A DNA stretch of 64,000 nucleotides. It comes from an uncultured Actinomycetes bacterium (lineage in GTDB: Bacteria; Actinomycetota; Thermoleophilia; UBA2241). Shown in pieces: positions 21,580 to 31,917 of the stretch. The number at the start of each line of letters is the position of its first letter. The stretch's first letter is position 1. The position numbers and the translations under genes are program-made. A model generated the notes under the pieces. It had not been told where the DNA came from and did no database searches. It saw only the letters and a list, made by a program, of their open reading frames with translations. The stretch spans positions 544,001 to 608,000 of the forward strand of contig CAVRZA010000004.1 in assembly GCA_963725665.1 (NCBI GenBank), written 5' to 3'.

Positions 21580-24397
21580 GGGCGCTCCTCTCGGGCGTCT
21601 CAGGGGCGAGCGACGCGAAGGCCGGAAGAGCGACGTAGGGGAGGCCGGCGAGGCCCGCCGGTAGGCCGGCCACGCCCTGAGCGAGGCCGTCGACCAGGCG
21701 CAGCGGCAGGCGCAGTTCACCGGAGGGCAGGGTCACGGTGAGGAGCTGGCCGGCGAAGAAGCCCGCCGTCTCGGCCTCGGCCGGGCTGAGGGCGACGTAG
21801 GGGCCGGGTGCGCGTTCGGCGACGCCGGGCGTGTGCCGGCTGAGTGGCTCGGAGCCGTAGATGTGATACAGGGGGACGATGAGCCACTCGTCCTCGCGCG
21901 GCACGAAGGCCGGCGGGATGCGGTCGGCGGCGAAGAACGCCGGCGGTTCCGCGGGTGTGCCCTCGGCGGCGAACAGACGCACGCCACTCGGCCCGCCGTG
22001 CAGCGGCCCGTTCGCCTCCTGCTGGAACTTGGCGACGCTGTTCACCGAGTTCCAGCCGGGACTCCAGATGTCCGTCAGCAGCGGCGCCGGGACCAGCGGT
22101 CCGTGCACGCCTTCAAGCGAGAAGGCGAGCGGCGAATCGAGGTCTTCGACCGGCGGCGGCTCCTGGACGGTCCGCTGCGCATCCTGCGCCGTGCGACCGC
22201 TGAAGCCGACGGGCTGGCGCGCGACGCGGCCCCCGGCGAGGCGGAAGCCGGCGCCGGGGGCCGCGTCGCGCGCCCCCGCGAGCTGGGGCAGTTCCTCGGC
22301 AATGGCCGCGAGCACCTCGTCGACCGAGGTCCAGGCGCGACCCTCGGGGCGGTCGAGCCAGACGAGCAGCTCGCGCAGCCAACGCCAGGGGTCGCGAATC
22401 TCGTCGCCGGGGGCAAAGACCGCGAAGAAACGCTGCGCGCGTCCCTCGGCGCTGACGTACGTGCCTGTGGACTCGGCCCACGTGCCTGCGGGGAGCACGC
22501 TGGTCGCCTTGCTTGTGGTGTCGTCGGCGATTGAGGCGAGCGCCACGGTGTGCTCGCAGCGGCTGAAGAACTCGTCGACCTGTGCCGCCTCGGCGCGGCG
22601 GTAGAGGTCGTTGTCGAGCACGAGCGCCGTGTCGGCCATACCGTCGACGACGGCTGCGAACGCCTCGGAGAGGCGACGGCCGCCGAGCAGGGCGAGGCCG
22701 AGGCTGTTGGGCTCGGGCAGCACGAGCAGGAGACGCGCTCGCTCTCCCAGCGCCCAGACGAGCTGGGCCGCGCCGCGCAACAGAGCCTCGCTGCCGGCAC
22801 TCGCGCCGGCGACCACGACGGTGCGCTCGGCACCGACCAGGTCGCGGGCGACGTCGGCAGCGGTCTGGGTCACGGCTGCGTCGGCGTCGGGGGCGTCGCC
22901 GCCACTGTCGACGGTAGCGTCGCCGCCACCGTCGACGGCAGCGGCAGCGCGGCCGTCGACGGCCGCCGCCGCCGCGAAAAGGACGCGCGCGAGCTCGTCG
23001 GGCGCCGCGTGCAGCGTCTGGGCGGCCAGTTCGTCGAGCTTGGTCGCGTGCAGCCCCAGGAGGCAAAGCCTCTTGGATTCGCGGCGCTTGAGACGGCCGA
23101 TGGCGGCGTCGTTCCAGCGCGTGATGTGGAGCCGCCGCTCTTCGTCTGTCCAGCGCAGGCGGTCCCAGATGCGCACCGCGAGGTCGGCCATCGGAGCCGT
23201 GTTGGTGAGATCCTCACCGGCGACCAGCACGGCCTCGGCTTGGCGCAGGTCTTGCAGCGAGGCCACACGCGTGCGTGGGTCACGCAGGAGTTCGAGCGCG
23301 AGGTCCGTCAGGTCGCGCTCGCGCTCGGAGAAGCCGAGGAAGAAGTTGTCGCCACCCACGAGGGCGCGCAGCGCATAGTTGGCCTCGAGTGAGGCGCGCG
23401 GCGAGGCGATGCCGATGGCGCGGGCGCCGCGCAAGCGGGACGCAAGGCGGCCCAGCGCCTCGCCCGCACCGGCCGGCCTCGCCTCACCACCCTCGCCATC
23501 GCGCAGCAGCGGGACGCGCACCCTTTCGGCGGAGTTGACGAACTCGTAGCCGTAGCGCCCACGGTCGCAGAGGAAGTACTGGTTCACGTCGGCGTTGTAG
23601 CGTGCCCGGACCCGGCGCAGCTCGCCGTAGCGCTCGCCGGGCAGCACGTTGCAGCCCAGCCCGCAGAGCGGGCACAGGGAGGGTGCCGTCTGCAGGTCCC
23701 ATTTGCGCGTGTAGTGCTGCGCCAGCGTCTTGTCGTCGAAGACGCCCGTGGGGCAGACCTCCACCAGGTTGCCGCTGAACTCGCTCTCGAGGGTGCCGTC
23801 GCTGACGCGTCCGAAGTAGGTCTGGTTGCGCAGGCCGAAGACGCCGAAATCGCGCCCTCCGGCGTAGTCGTTGTAGAAGCGCACGCAGCGGTAGCAGGTG
23901 ATACAGCGGTTCATCTCGTGGGTGACGAAGGGGCCGAGATCCTGGTTCTCGGCCGTCCGCTTGAGCGAGCGGTAGCGACGATAGGCATGGCCGGTCATCA
24001 CCGTCATGTCCTGCAGGTGACACTCGCCGCCTTCGTCGCAGACCGGGCAGTCGTGCGGGTGGCTCACCATCATGAGCTCGATCATGCGCGCACGGAACCG
24101 GACCGCCTCGGGGTCGTCGACGACGATGCGGGTGCCCTCGGCGGCCTCGGTCATGCACGCCATGACGATCTCGCTGTGCTCCTTGCCGTCGCGTCCCACC
24201 CAGTGCTGACGCACGGCGCACTGCCGGCAGGCGCCGATGGAGCCCATCGCCGGGTGCCAGCAGAAGTAGGGTAGGTCGAACCCCAGCGAGAGGGAGACGT
24301 CGAGCATGTTGCGGCCGCCCTCGACCTGGAACCGGCGGCCGTCGATCTCGACGGTCACGAGCTTCTCAGAGCCGTTTCCGTTGGCAGTGGCGTTCAC
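21572..24397 (-). CDS. nuoG: NADH-quinone oxidoreductase subunit G (long E. coli type, with N7 cluster)
   Basis: FCWHPAMGSIGACRQC, HPHDCPVCDEGGECHLQD, CITCYRC, CPLCGLGC..LCDRG. Confidence 0.95.
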   Translation of the reverse strand: MNATANGNGSEKLVTVEIDGRRFQVEGGRNMLDVSLSLGFDLPYFCWHPAMGSIGACRQCAVRQHWVGRDGKEHSEIVMACMTEAAEGTRIVVDDPEAVRFRARMIELMMVSHPHDCPVCDEGGECHLQDMTVMTGHAYRRYRSLKRTAENQDLGPFVTHEMNRCITCYRCVRFYNDYAGGRDFGVFGLRNQTYFGRVSDGTLESEFSGNLVEVCPTGVFDDKTLAQHYTRKWDLQTAPSLCPLCGLGCNVLPGERYGELRRVRARYNADVNQYFLCDRGRYGYEFVNSAERVRVPLLRDGEGGEARPAGAGEALGRLASRLRGARAIGIASPRASLEANYALRALVGGDNFFLGFSERERDLTDLALELLRDPRTRVASLQDLRQAEAVLVAGEDLTNTAPMADLAVRIWDRLRWTDEERRLHITRWNDAAIGRLKRRESKRLCLLGLHATKLDELAAQTLHAAPDELARVLFAAAAAVDGRAAAAVDGGGDATVDSGGDAPDADAAVTQTAADVARDLVGAERTVVVAGASAGSEALLRGAAQLVWALGERARLLLVLPEPNSLGLALLGGRRLSEAFAAVVDGMADTALVLDNDLYRRAEAAQVDEFFSRCEHTVALASIADDTTSKATSVLPAGTWAESTGTYVSAEGRAQRFFAVFAPGDEIRDPWRWLRELLVWLDRPEGRAWTSVDEVLAAIAEELPQLAGARDAAPGAGFRLAGGRVARQPVGFSGRTAQDAQRTVQEPPPVEDLDSPLAFSLEGVHGPLVPAPLLTDIWSPGWNSVNSVAKFQQEANGPLHGGPSGVRLFAAEGTPAEPPAFFAADRIPPAFVPREDEWLIVPLYHIYGSEPLSRHTPGVAERAPGPYVALSPAEAETAGFFAGQLLTVTLPSGELRLPLRLVDGLAQGVAGLPAGLAGLPYVALPAFASLAPETPERSARA

Positions 24398-24422
24398 TTG
24401 GCCGCCTCGGCCATCGTCGCGC

Positions 24423-25766
24423 TCACCACGTCTCCCCTCGCATGACAGGGACGTAGGAGCCACCCTGTCCGTACGTGCAGCCACCCTCCGCCACGTGCGC
24501 CTCGAACTCGTCGCGGAAGAGCCTGATCGCAGCCTCGAGCGGCTGTGTGGCCCCCGGGGCGAGGTCGCAGAAGCACTTGTCGGAGCCGTTCGCCCAGATC
24601 AGCTCGCCGAGCAGGTCGAGATCGCTGAGCTCGGCGCCTCCCGTCTCGAAGCCCTCCATCAGGCTGACGATCCACTGCAGCCCCTCCCGGCAGGGCGTGC
24701 ACCAGCCGCACGACTCCTGGGCGAAGAACTGCATCATGTTGAGCGTGAGACCTACGGGGCAGGTCCTGTCGTCGAGCAGCAACGGGGTGCCGGTACCCAG
24801 GCGGCTGCCCACCGTCAGCATGGACTCGAAGTCCATGGGAACGTCGGTGTCCTTCGCCAGGACAAAGGCCGTCGAAGCGCCGCCGGGGATCAGCGCCCGG
24901 AGCTCGTACCCCGGCAGCATCCCGCCGGCGTGGACCTCGATCAGCTCGCGCAGCGTCGTGCCCACGGGGAGCTCGTAGCAGCCCGGCCTGTGCACCCGTC
25001 CCGACACGCCGTAGACCTTTGTGCCGCCCTCATCGTCGCGACCGATGCCCTTCCACCACTCCACACCGTTGCGCACGATCGAGGGCACGCAACACAACGT
25101 CTCGACGTTGTTGACGACGGTGGGTCGCGCCCACAGTCCCGCGCCGGTCATGTGTGGCGGCCGCGCGCGCGGGTTCGCCCGGTCGCTCTCCATCGCGTTA
25201 AGCGCCGCCGACGCCTCCCCGCACATGTAGCGCCCGACACTCACGTGCAGGTAGAGGTCGAAGGAGAAGTCGCTGCCCATGATCCCCCGGCCGATGAAGC
25301 CGCGCTCGTATGCTTCGACGAGCGCCTGCTCGAGCGCGGCCTGAGGCTCGTCGTACTGCGCGCGCAAGAAGATATAGCCGGCGGTGGCCTCGGTGGCGTA
25401 GCCGGCCAGCAGCATGCCCTCGAGCAGGAGGTGGGGGCTACGCGCCATCAGGAAACGGTCCTTGATGCTCCCCGGCTCCATCTCGTCGGCGTTGCATACC
25501 ACGTACTTCGGCGTGGGCGCGTCGGGGCCGAGCGGCATAGTGCTCCACTTGCGTCCCGTTGCGAACCCGGCCCCGCCGCGCCCACGCAGGCCGGAATCGG
25601 TCACCAGCGTCGTGACGTCGGGAGGCTGCAGCTCGCGCAGCGCGCGCCCGAGGCCTTCGTAGCCCCCGGCGGTGAGGTAGTCGTCGAGCGAGGAGGGGCG
25701 ACCATCGGGGCGCATCGCCCGCGTGAGCGGTCGCTCCCAGCCGCGGGCGTCGAGCGCCGGGCTCAC
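24423..25766 (-). CDS. nuoF: Complex I subunit F (flavin/nucleotide site) with Ala at the E. coli E183-equivalent position
   Basis: GRGGAGF, NADEMEPG, GRYMCGEAS, ESCGWCTPCREG. Confidence 0.95.
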   Translation of the reverse strand: MSPALDARGWERPLTRAMRPDGRPSSLDDYLTAGGYEGLGRALRELQPPDVTTLVTDSGLRGRGGAGFATGRKWSTMPLGPDAPTPKYVVCNADEMEPGSIKDRFLMARSPHLLLEGMLLAGYATEATAGYIFLRAQYDEPQAALEQALVEAYERGFIGRGIMGSDFSFDLYLHVSVGRYMCGEASAALNAMESDRANPRARPPHMTGAGLWARPTVVNNVETLCCVPSIVRNGVEWWKGIGRDDEGGTKVYGVSGRVHRPGCYELPVGTTLRELIEVHAGGMLPGYELRALIPGGASTAFVLAKDTDVPMDFESMLTVGSRLGTGTPLLLDDRTCPVGLTLNMMQFFAQESCGWCTPCREGLQWIVSLMEGFETGGAELSDLDLLGELIWANGSDKCFCDLAPGATQPLEAAIRLFRDEFEAHVAEGGCTYGQGGSYVPVMRGETW

Positions 25767-26242
25767 GGGTAGCGCTCCAGGATGCGCTCGATGTCGTCGA
25801 CCGCCACCGGGCCATGCAGGTCTGAATCGACCACCATGGCGGGACCGCGGTCGCAAGCTCCCAGGCAGACTATGGGCAACAGGGTGAAGCGGTCGTCGTC
25901 GGTGGTGCCTCCCATCTCCACGCCGAGCTGGTCGCGCAGGGCCCGCCACAGCTCCTCGTAGCCCAGAGACCAGCAGGCGAAGCTGTTGCAGACGAGGATC
26001 ACGTGGCGACCCACGGGACGCCTGAAGAGCATGTTGGCGAACGTCGCCACCCTGTCGAGCTCCTCGGCGGTGACGCCGAGGAGCTCGCCGATATCGGTCA
26101 GTGCTTCGTCGGAGAGCCAGCGCCGGTGCTTCTGGACGATGCGCATCGCGGTGGCCGCTGCCGAGCGGCGGTCGGGGTAGTGATCCAGGATCGCCTCGAT
26201 ATCGTGCCTCTCGGCGTCGCTCAATGGCATCGGGGCTCCCAT
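25763..26242 (-). CDS. nuoE: NADH-quinone oxidoreductase subunit E
   Basis: CNSFAC...CLGACDRGP 2Fe-2S motif. Confidence 0.93.
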   Translation of the reverse strand: MGAPMPLSDAERHDIEAILDHYPDRRSAAATAMRIVQKHRRWLSDEALTDIGELLGVTAEELDRVATFANMLFRRPVGRHVILVCNSFACWSLGYEELWRALRDQLGVEMGGTTDDDRFTLLPIVCLGACDRGPAMVVDSDLHGPVAVDDIERILERYP

Positions 26243-26267
26243 CGCGTCGCTGCTGGGGACTCTGGGC

Positions 26268-28163
26268 TCATCTGTCGACGTCTCCCATGACGTAGTCGAG
26301 GCTGCCGAGTATCGTCACCAGGTCGGCCACCTCGTAGCCGAGGCACAGAAGTGGCACGATCTGCAGGTGAGGGAACGACGGGGTGCGGATCTTCGTGCGA
26401 TACGACGAGACGCCGCCGTCGGAGATGCAGTAGAAGGCGTAGTTGCCCTTGCTGCCCTCGGTCTGCACCGACGCCTCCCCCGGGGGGATCACCGGTCCCC
26501 AGCCCACTCCCAGAAAGTGGTCGATGAGCGTCTCGATGTCGTGCATCGTGCCGGGTTCCTTGACCGGCGGCGTCGCTAGGGGGTGGTCCGCTTTGTAGGG
26601 CCCCGGTGGCATGCTGTCTAGGCACTGACGGATGATGCGCAGGCTCTGGCGCATCTCCTCGACGTGCACGGCGACACGGTCGTAGCAGTCGCCCGTCGAC
26701 CCGACGGGCACCTCGAACTCGAACTGGTCGTAGCCCGAGTAGGGTCGTGCCTTGCGCACGTCCCAGCCAAACCCCGTGGCGCGCAGGTTCGGCCCGGTCA
26801 CGCCCCACTCGATGGCGTCGTCGACGGAGATGGGCCCGACGCCGCGCGCCCGGGCGCGCATGATGCTCGAGCGCATGACGATTCTGTCGTACTCATCGAG
26901 CCGGCGCGGCAGGTAGTCGATGAACTCGCGCACGAGCCCGTCCCATCCAGCGGGTAGATCCTCTGCCACGCCCCCGATGCGAAACCAGTTGGGGTGCATG
27001 CGCCCGCCGCAGATGGCCTCGGTGATGTCGAAGATGAACTCGCGGTCGCTGAACATGTAGAAGACGGGGGAGAGCGCGCCGATGTCCTGCGCGAAGGTGC
27101 CGTAGAACACGAGGTGGCTCGCCAGTCGGTAGAGCTCGCAGAGCATCACACGGATGACCTGGGCACGTTCGGGCACCTCGATCCCCGCCAGGGCCTCGAC
27201 GGCCGAGACGTAGGCCATGTTGTTGAGGACCCCGCCCAGGTAGTCGATGCGGTCGGTGTAGGGGATGTAGGTGTGCCACGTCTGGCGCTCGCTCATCTTC
27301 TCCTGGGCGCGGTGGTGGTAGCCGACGTCGACCACGCAGGAGACGATCTCCTCGTCCCTCAGCCCCACGATGACGCGCAGCGGGCCGTGGGTCGCGCCGT
27401 GCTGCGGTCCCACGTTGAGGTACATGAGACCGGCCTCCTCGCTTGCCGGCGGCAGGTGCCATTCCTCGGGCTTGAAGCGCAACATCTCCTGCCAGGCGTC
27501 GGCCTGCTGGGGGGGCATGACCAGCGGTCCGAGCTCCGTCCCGCGCGAAGGCGACTCCTTGCGCAGCGGGTGGCCCTCCCACCAGGGGGGGTTGAGGATG
27601 CGGTAAGGGTGTGGGCAGCCCTCGACGGTGATGCCGAACATGTCCCACAGCTCGCGCTCGTACCACTCGGCGGCCGGCCAGAGATCGACGATGGTGGCGA
27701 CGGAGGGATACTCGCCGAACAGCGGCACTTTGACGCGCACGTCGGCGTTGCGCTCGTAGGAGAGGAGCTGGTAGAAGACGGTGAAATCGGCTGCGGGCTG
27801 GCCGTCACGGCCGGCCCGCAGCCGCTCGTCGATGCCGCCCAGATCGAAGAGCGTGCGGTAGGGGCGCTCGGTGCCGCTCTTCAGGAAGCGCAGCACCTCG
27901 CGCACGCGGTCGCGGTGCACCCACACCGTGGGCACGCCGTCGCGCGTGTCCTGAGGGATGAGCTCCACGCCGGGCAGCGCTCGCCTGAGCTCGGCGAAGA
28001 CCTCGGTCTCGACCGTTGGGACTACGGCGGGGGCGCCCCACCACCTGGCCCTGACCGCCCGCGGCGGTACCTGTCCTTCGGGCTGAGCACCCCTCGCCCC
28101 CGGCGCCGCCTTCGTCTCGTGGGCCGGGACCTGGTGTCCGCCGGGTCTCTCTTCGCCGGCCAC
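26268..28163 (-). CDS. nuoC: Fused NADH-quinone oxidoreductase subunit C/D
   Basis: [18 protein letters not shown] (C) continues into [28 protein letters not shown] (D). Confidence 0.95.
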   Translation of the reverse strand: MAGEERPGGHQVPAHETKAAPGARGAQPEGQVPPRAVRARWWGAPAVVPTVETEVFAELRRALPGVELIPQDTRDGVPTVWVHRDRVREVLRFLKSGTERPYRTLFDLGGIDERLRAGRDGQPAADFTVFYQLLSYERNADVRVKVPLFGEYPSVATIVDLWPAAEWYERELWDMFGITVEGCPHPYRILNPPWWEGHPLRKESPSRGTELGPLVMPPQQADAWQEMLRFKPEEWHLPPASEEAGLMYLNVGPQHGATHGPLRVIVGLRDEEIVSCVVDVGYHHRAQEKMSERQTWHTYIPYTDRIDYLGGVLNNMAYVSAVEALAGIEVPERAQVIRVMLCELYRLASHLVFYGTFAQDIGALSPVFYMFSDREFIFDITEAICGGRMHPNWFRIGGVAEDLPAGWDGLVREFIDYLPRRLDEYDRIVMRSSIMRARARGVGPISVDDAIEWGVTGPNLRATGFGWDVRKARPYSGYDQFEFEVPVGSTGDCYDRVAVHVEEMRQSLRIIRQCLDSMPPGPYKADHPLATPPVKEPGTMHDIETLIDHFLGVGWGPVIPPGEASVQTEGSKGNYAFYCISDGGVSSYRTKIRTPSFPHLQIVPLLCLGYEVADLVTILGSLDYVMGDVDR

Positions 28164-28164
28164 C

Positions 28165-28816
28165 CTAGACCTCTTCCTGGGGTCGCAGCTCGGTCTCGCC
28201 CTGACGGTAGGGCCGTTTGCTGTCTCGCAACGACAGGACGGCCGGCTCCCGGACCCCCTGCGGGCCCACCACCCAGCTCAGCGGACGGCGCTGGCCGCCC
28301 ACCTTCGCCTGCAGCAGCAGGAGGCCCTCCATGAAGGTCGTCGGCGTCGGAGGGCAACCCTGCACGTACACGTCGACCGGCAGGAAGCTGTCGACTCCCT
28401 GCACCACGCTGTACACGTCGAACATGCCGCCCGAGTTGGCGCAGGAGCCCATCGAGATCACCCAGCGCGGCTCCATCATCTGCTCGTAGAGGCGCTGTAT
28501 CACGGGGGCCATCTTGAGGAACGGTGTGCCGGCGATGATCATCACGTCGGCCTCGCGCGGTGAGGTGCGCAGCACCTCGGCCCCGAAGCGGGCGATGTCG
28601 TAACGCGGGGTCAAGCTGGTGGCCATCTCGACGAAGCAGCAGGAGAGGCCGAACCCGAAGGGCCACATGGAGTTCTTGCGCCCCCAGGCCAGCAGGTCCT
28701 GCAGGCCGGCAAACACGGTGATCGGCGTTTCGGGGCCTTCGGGCAGAGGCGCGTTGGCCAGGTCGGCAAGCGCTCGTCCGGTGCCCGAGCCGTCGTTCGT
28801 CGCGGCGGATTCTCAT
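28165..28816 (-). CDS. nuoB: NADH-quinone oxidoreductase subunit B (5' end uncertain: ATG at 28816 is out of frame)
   Basis: [27 protein letters not shown]. Confidence 0.92.
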
Positions 28817-29235
28817 CGCCGCCGCTCCCTCTCGGCCTCGCGCTGGGCGCGCCGCGCACGCGAGCCGGGACCCCAGTCGAGGGCGCCTTCCTTCCAGAGA
28901 TAGATCAGGCCTGCCAAGAGGAGAACGACGAAGAACAGCACCTCGAGATAGCCGGCCCAGCCGAGCCGTCGGGCGGCGATCGCCCAGGCGATGATGAACA
29001 CGGTCTCGATGTCGAACACGACGAAGAAGATGGCGAGCTGGTAGAACTCGATCGAGAGACGCTGCGGGAGAGGGCTGGCCGGCTCGATGCCCGACTCGTA
29101 GCGGTCGCCTGTGCCGAGGTCGCCGTGACGCTCGCCGAGCACGTGCGCCAGAAGCAGGATGATCCCCGTCAGGGCGAAGACCGCGATCGCGTACACGGCG
29201 ACCGGCCACACGGTCGTTGTCGCTGCTGCAATCAC
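28813..29235 (-). CDS. nuoA: NADH-quinone oxidoreductase subunit A
   Basis: YESGI, FFVVFDIE, YLWKEGALDW. Confidence 0.95.
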   Translation of the reverse strand: MIAAATTTVWPVAVYAIAVFALTGIILLLAHVLGERHGDLGTGDRYESGIEPASPLPQRLSIEFYQLAIFFVVFDIETVFIIAWAIAARRLGWAGYLEVLFFVVLLLAGLIYLWKEGALDWGPGSRARRAQREAERERRR

Positions 29236-29460
29236 GCTGCCGTACCCCCTCTTGTGGCTCCTACCTGAGTAGGAATACCCGGGCGATAGTCTTGTAGTAA
29301 CTGCTCCATACCGTGCCGGAGCCTCTCAGGTCAAGCGCGCCGCGGGGAGAGTCAGCTTGTCGCGGCGGCGACGCGCGGCCGGTCAGCGTGGGCTTTCTCC
29401 CTGCTCTTGTGCGACAATAACGGACTCCCAGGCTGGACTGGCATACGGCCGGGAGTACAG

Positions 29461-29478
29461 TTGTGATGTGGTACACGA
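29461..29478. promoter_or_regulatory. Candidate Rex (or Crp/Fnr-type) operator between divergent nuo and nfnAB
   Basis: TTGTGATGTGGTACACGA vs Rex consensus TTGTGAAnnnnTTCACAA. Confidence 0.45.
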
Positions 29479-29538
29479 GAGCCGCTTGCACCCGGCGAGT
29501 ACGCGCGGGTTGCGGGCGGAAGGCAGGAGGTCCGGTCC

Positions 29539-31859
29539 ATGTTCGAGGTCCTGGTAAACGAGGAGATCGCGCCGCAGCTGCACCGCATGGTGGTCAGCGC
29601 GGCGCGCATCGCACGTGCGAGACGTCCGGGCCAGTTCGTCATCGTGCGCGTCGGCGAGGGGGGCGAGCGCATCCCGCTCACCATCGCCGACGACGACGCC
29701 GAGGCGGGGACGATCACGCTCATCATCCAGGCGGTCGGGCACTCGACGCGGGACATCGTCGCGGTGCCCGTCGGCGGCGCGATCCGCGACATCGCCGGCC
29801 CGCTCGGCCAGCCCACCGAGATCGAGCGCTGGGGCAAGGTGGTCTGTGTGGGCGGCGGCGCCGGCACCGCCGTGCTCTTCCCGCTGGCCAAGGCGCTGGC
29901 GCGCGCGGGCAACGAGCTCACGACCATCATCGGTGGCCGCAGCGCGCCCTACGTCGTGCTGCGCGACGAGCTGGCCGAGTTCTCGCACGAGGTCCTCGTG
30001 CACCACGGAGGACGGCTCGCTGGGCGAGAAGGGCTTCGTGACGCAGCCGCTCAAGCGCATCCTCGAGGGCGAGTACGGGGATCGGCCCGACGCCGTGTAC
30101 GCCGTCGGGCCGGTCCCCATGATGAAGGCAGTTGCCGAGCTGACGCGCAAGTACGGCGTGCACACCGTCGTCTCGCTCAACCCCCTCATGGTCGACGGCA
30201 CCGGCATGTGCGGCGGCTGCCGCGTGACCGTGGGCGGCGAGACCAAGTTCGCCTGCGTCGACGGTCCCGAGTTCGACGGTCACCTGGTCGACTACGACGA
30301 GCTCGCGGGGCGCCAGAGCGCCTACCTGGAGCTTGACACGCACGGCTGTCGCATCGTCCCCAAGATCAAGGAGGCCGAGCTCGGCCACAAGGTGCTCTCA
30401 GCCAAGGAGCGTCTGGCGATCGCGCGCGTGAAGATGCCCGAGCAGGACCCGGAGCGGCGCAGCGCCACCTTCGACGAGGTCAACCTCGGGCTGACGCCGG
30501 AGCTCGCCATCCTCGAGGCGCAGCGCTGCCTGCAGTGCAAGAACCGACCCTGCGTCGCCGGCTGCCCGGTGAGCGTGCGCATCCCCGAGTTCCTCGACTG
30601 CGTGGCCGCAGGATGACTTCGCCGGGGCGGCGCGCATCCTGCTCGCCGACAACGCCCTGCCGGCGACCACCGGGCGCGTCTGTCCGCAGGAGACGCAGTG
30701 CGAGGGCGTGTGCATCCGTGGCAAGAAGGGCGAGCCCGGTGCCGTGGGCTGGCTCGAGCGCTTCGTCGCCGACTGGGCGGCCGAGAACATGGAGCTCGAG
30801 CTACCCGACGTCGAGCCTTCGGGCAAGAAAGTGGCCATCGTCGGCGCCGGCCCCGGTGGACTGACGGTCGCCGGCGAGCTGGCGCGCATGGGCCACGGCG
30901 TGCACGTCTTCGAGGCGCTGCACGACACGGGCGGCGTGCTGCGCTACGGCATCCCCGAGTTCCGCCTGCCCAAGCACATCGTCGACCACGAGGTCGCCAA
31001 CCTGCGCAAGCTGGGCGTCGAGATCGAGTGCAACGTGATCATCGGGCGCACGCTCACGATCGACGAACTGCAGCGCGACTTCGACGCCATCTTCGTGGCC
31101 AACGGCGCCGGCCTGCCGATGTTCTTGAACATCCCGGGCGAGAACCTGAAGGGCGTCTACTCGGCCAACGAGTACCTGACACGCGTCAACCTGATGGGCG
31201 CCTGGATGACCTACGAAGGCGCGACGCCGATCGCCCGCGGAGAGACGGTTGTGGTGTTCGGCGGCGGCAACGTGGCCATGGACGCCGTACGTACTTCGAA
31301 GCGACTCGGTGCGGGCCGGGCCGTCTGCGCCTACCGGCGTACCAAGGCCGAGATGCCGGCGCGCGTGGAGGAGATCGCCCACGCCGAGGAGGAGGGCATC
31401 GAGTTCGAGTACCTCGTGGCGCCGCTGGAGATCCTCGGCGACGAGCAGGGCTGGGTGCGCGCCGTGACGCTGCAGCGCATGGAGCTGGGCGAGCCCGACG
31501 ACTCCGGGCGTCGCCGGCCGGTGCCGGTGCCGGGCAGCGAGTACGAGCTGCCCTGCCAGATCGCCATCGTCGCCTTGGGCACGGTCGCCAACCCGCTGCT
31601 GACCAACGCCACGCCCGGCCTCGAGCTCAACCGCTGGGGCAACATCGTCACCGACGAGAACCACATGACGTCGATGCCGTGCGTGTTCGCCGGCGGCGAC
31701 ATCGTGCGTGGCGGAGCGACGGTGATCCTGGCCATGGGCGACGGCAAAGAGGCGGCGCGCTCCATCGACGAGTCACTGCGCAGCGGCGTCTGCCGGCGGC
31801 CCGGGGTGAAAGAGGTCGCAGCGGCCGGAGCGGCCGCGTCCCCGGGTACTACTTCGTAG
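29539..31859 (+). CDS. nfnAB: Fused NfnA-NfnB (SudB-SudA) electron-bifurcating ferredoxin:NADP+ oxidoreductase; two +1 frameshifts near 30001 and 30613
   Basis: NfnA: PGQFVI, ERIPLTI, MVDGTGMCGGCRV..ACVDGPEFDG. Continues in frame into NfnB: RCLQC..CVAGCPV, GRVCPQETQCE, GGVLRYGIPEFRLPK, GGGNVAMD..YRRT, AGGDIVRGGATVILAMG. RBS AGGAGG. Confidence 0.88.
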
Positions 31860-31873
31860 CGCAGGCTTGAAGG

Positions 31874-31917
31874 GCGCGGCGGGCGGCGGCGCCTTCGGGC
31901 GCCGCCGCCCGCCGCGC
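31874..31917 (+). terminator. Perfect 20-bp hairpin with C(UUCG)G loop after nfnAB
   Basis: gcgcggcgggcggcggcgcc-ttcg-ggcgccgccgcccgccgcgc. Confidence 0.75.

Noticed and set aside
28717-28816. nuoA TGA is in frame with nuoB, suggesting selenocysteine or read-through fusion
   Set aside because: The TGA is in a non-conserved linker, not at a Cys position. An overlapping ATGA start with a small deletion explains it more simply.
30708-31859. Glutamate synthase small subunit (gltD)
   Set aside because: No gltB is present and the ORF is fused to an NfnA/SudB domain.
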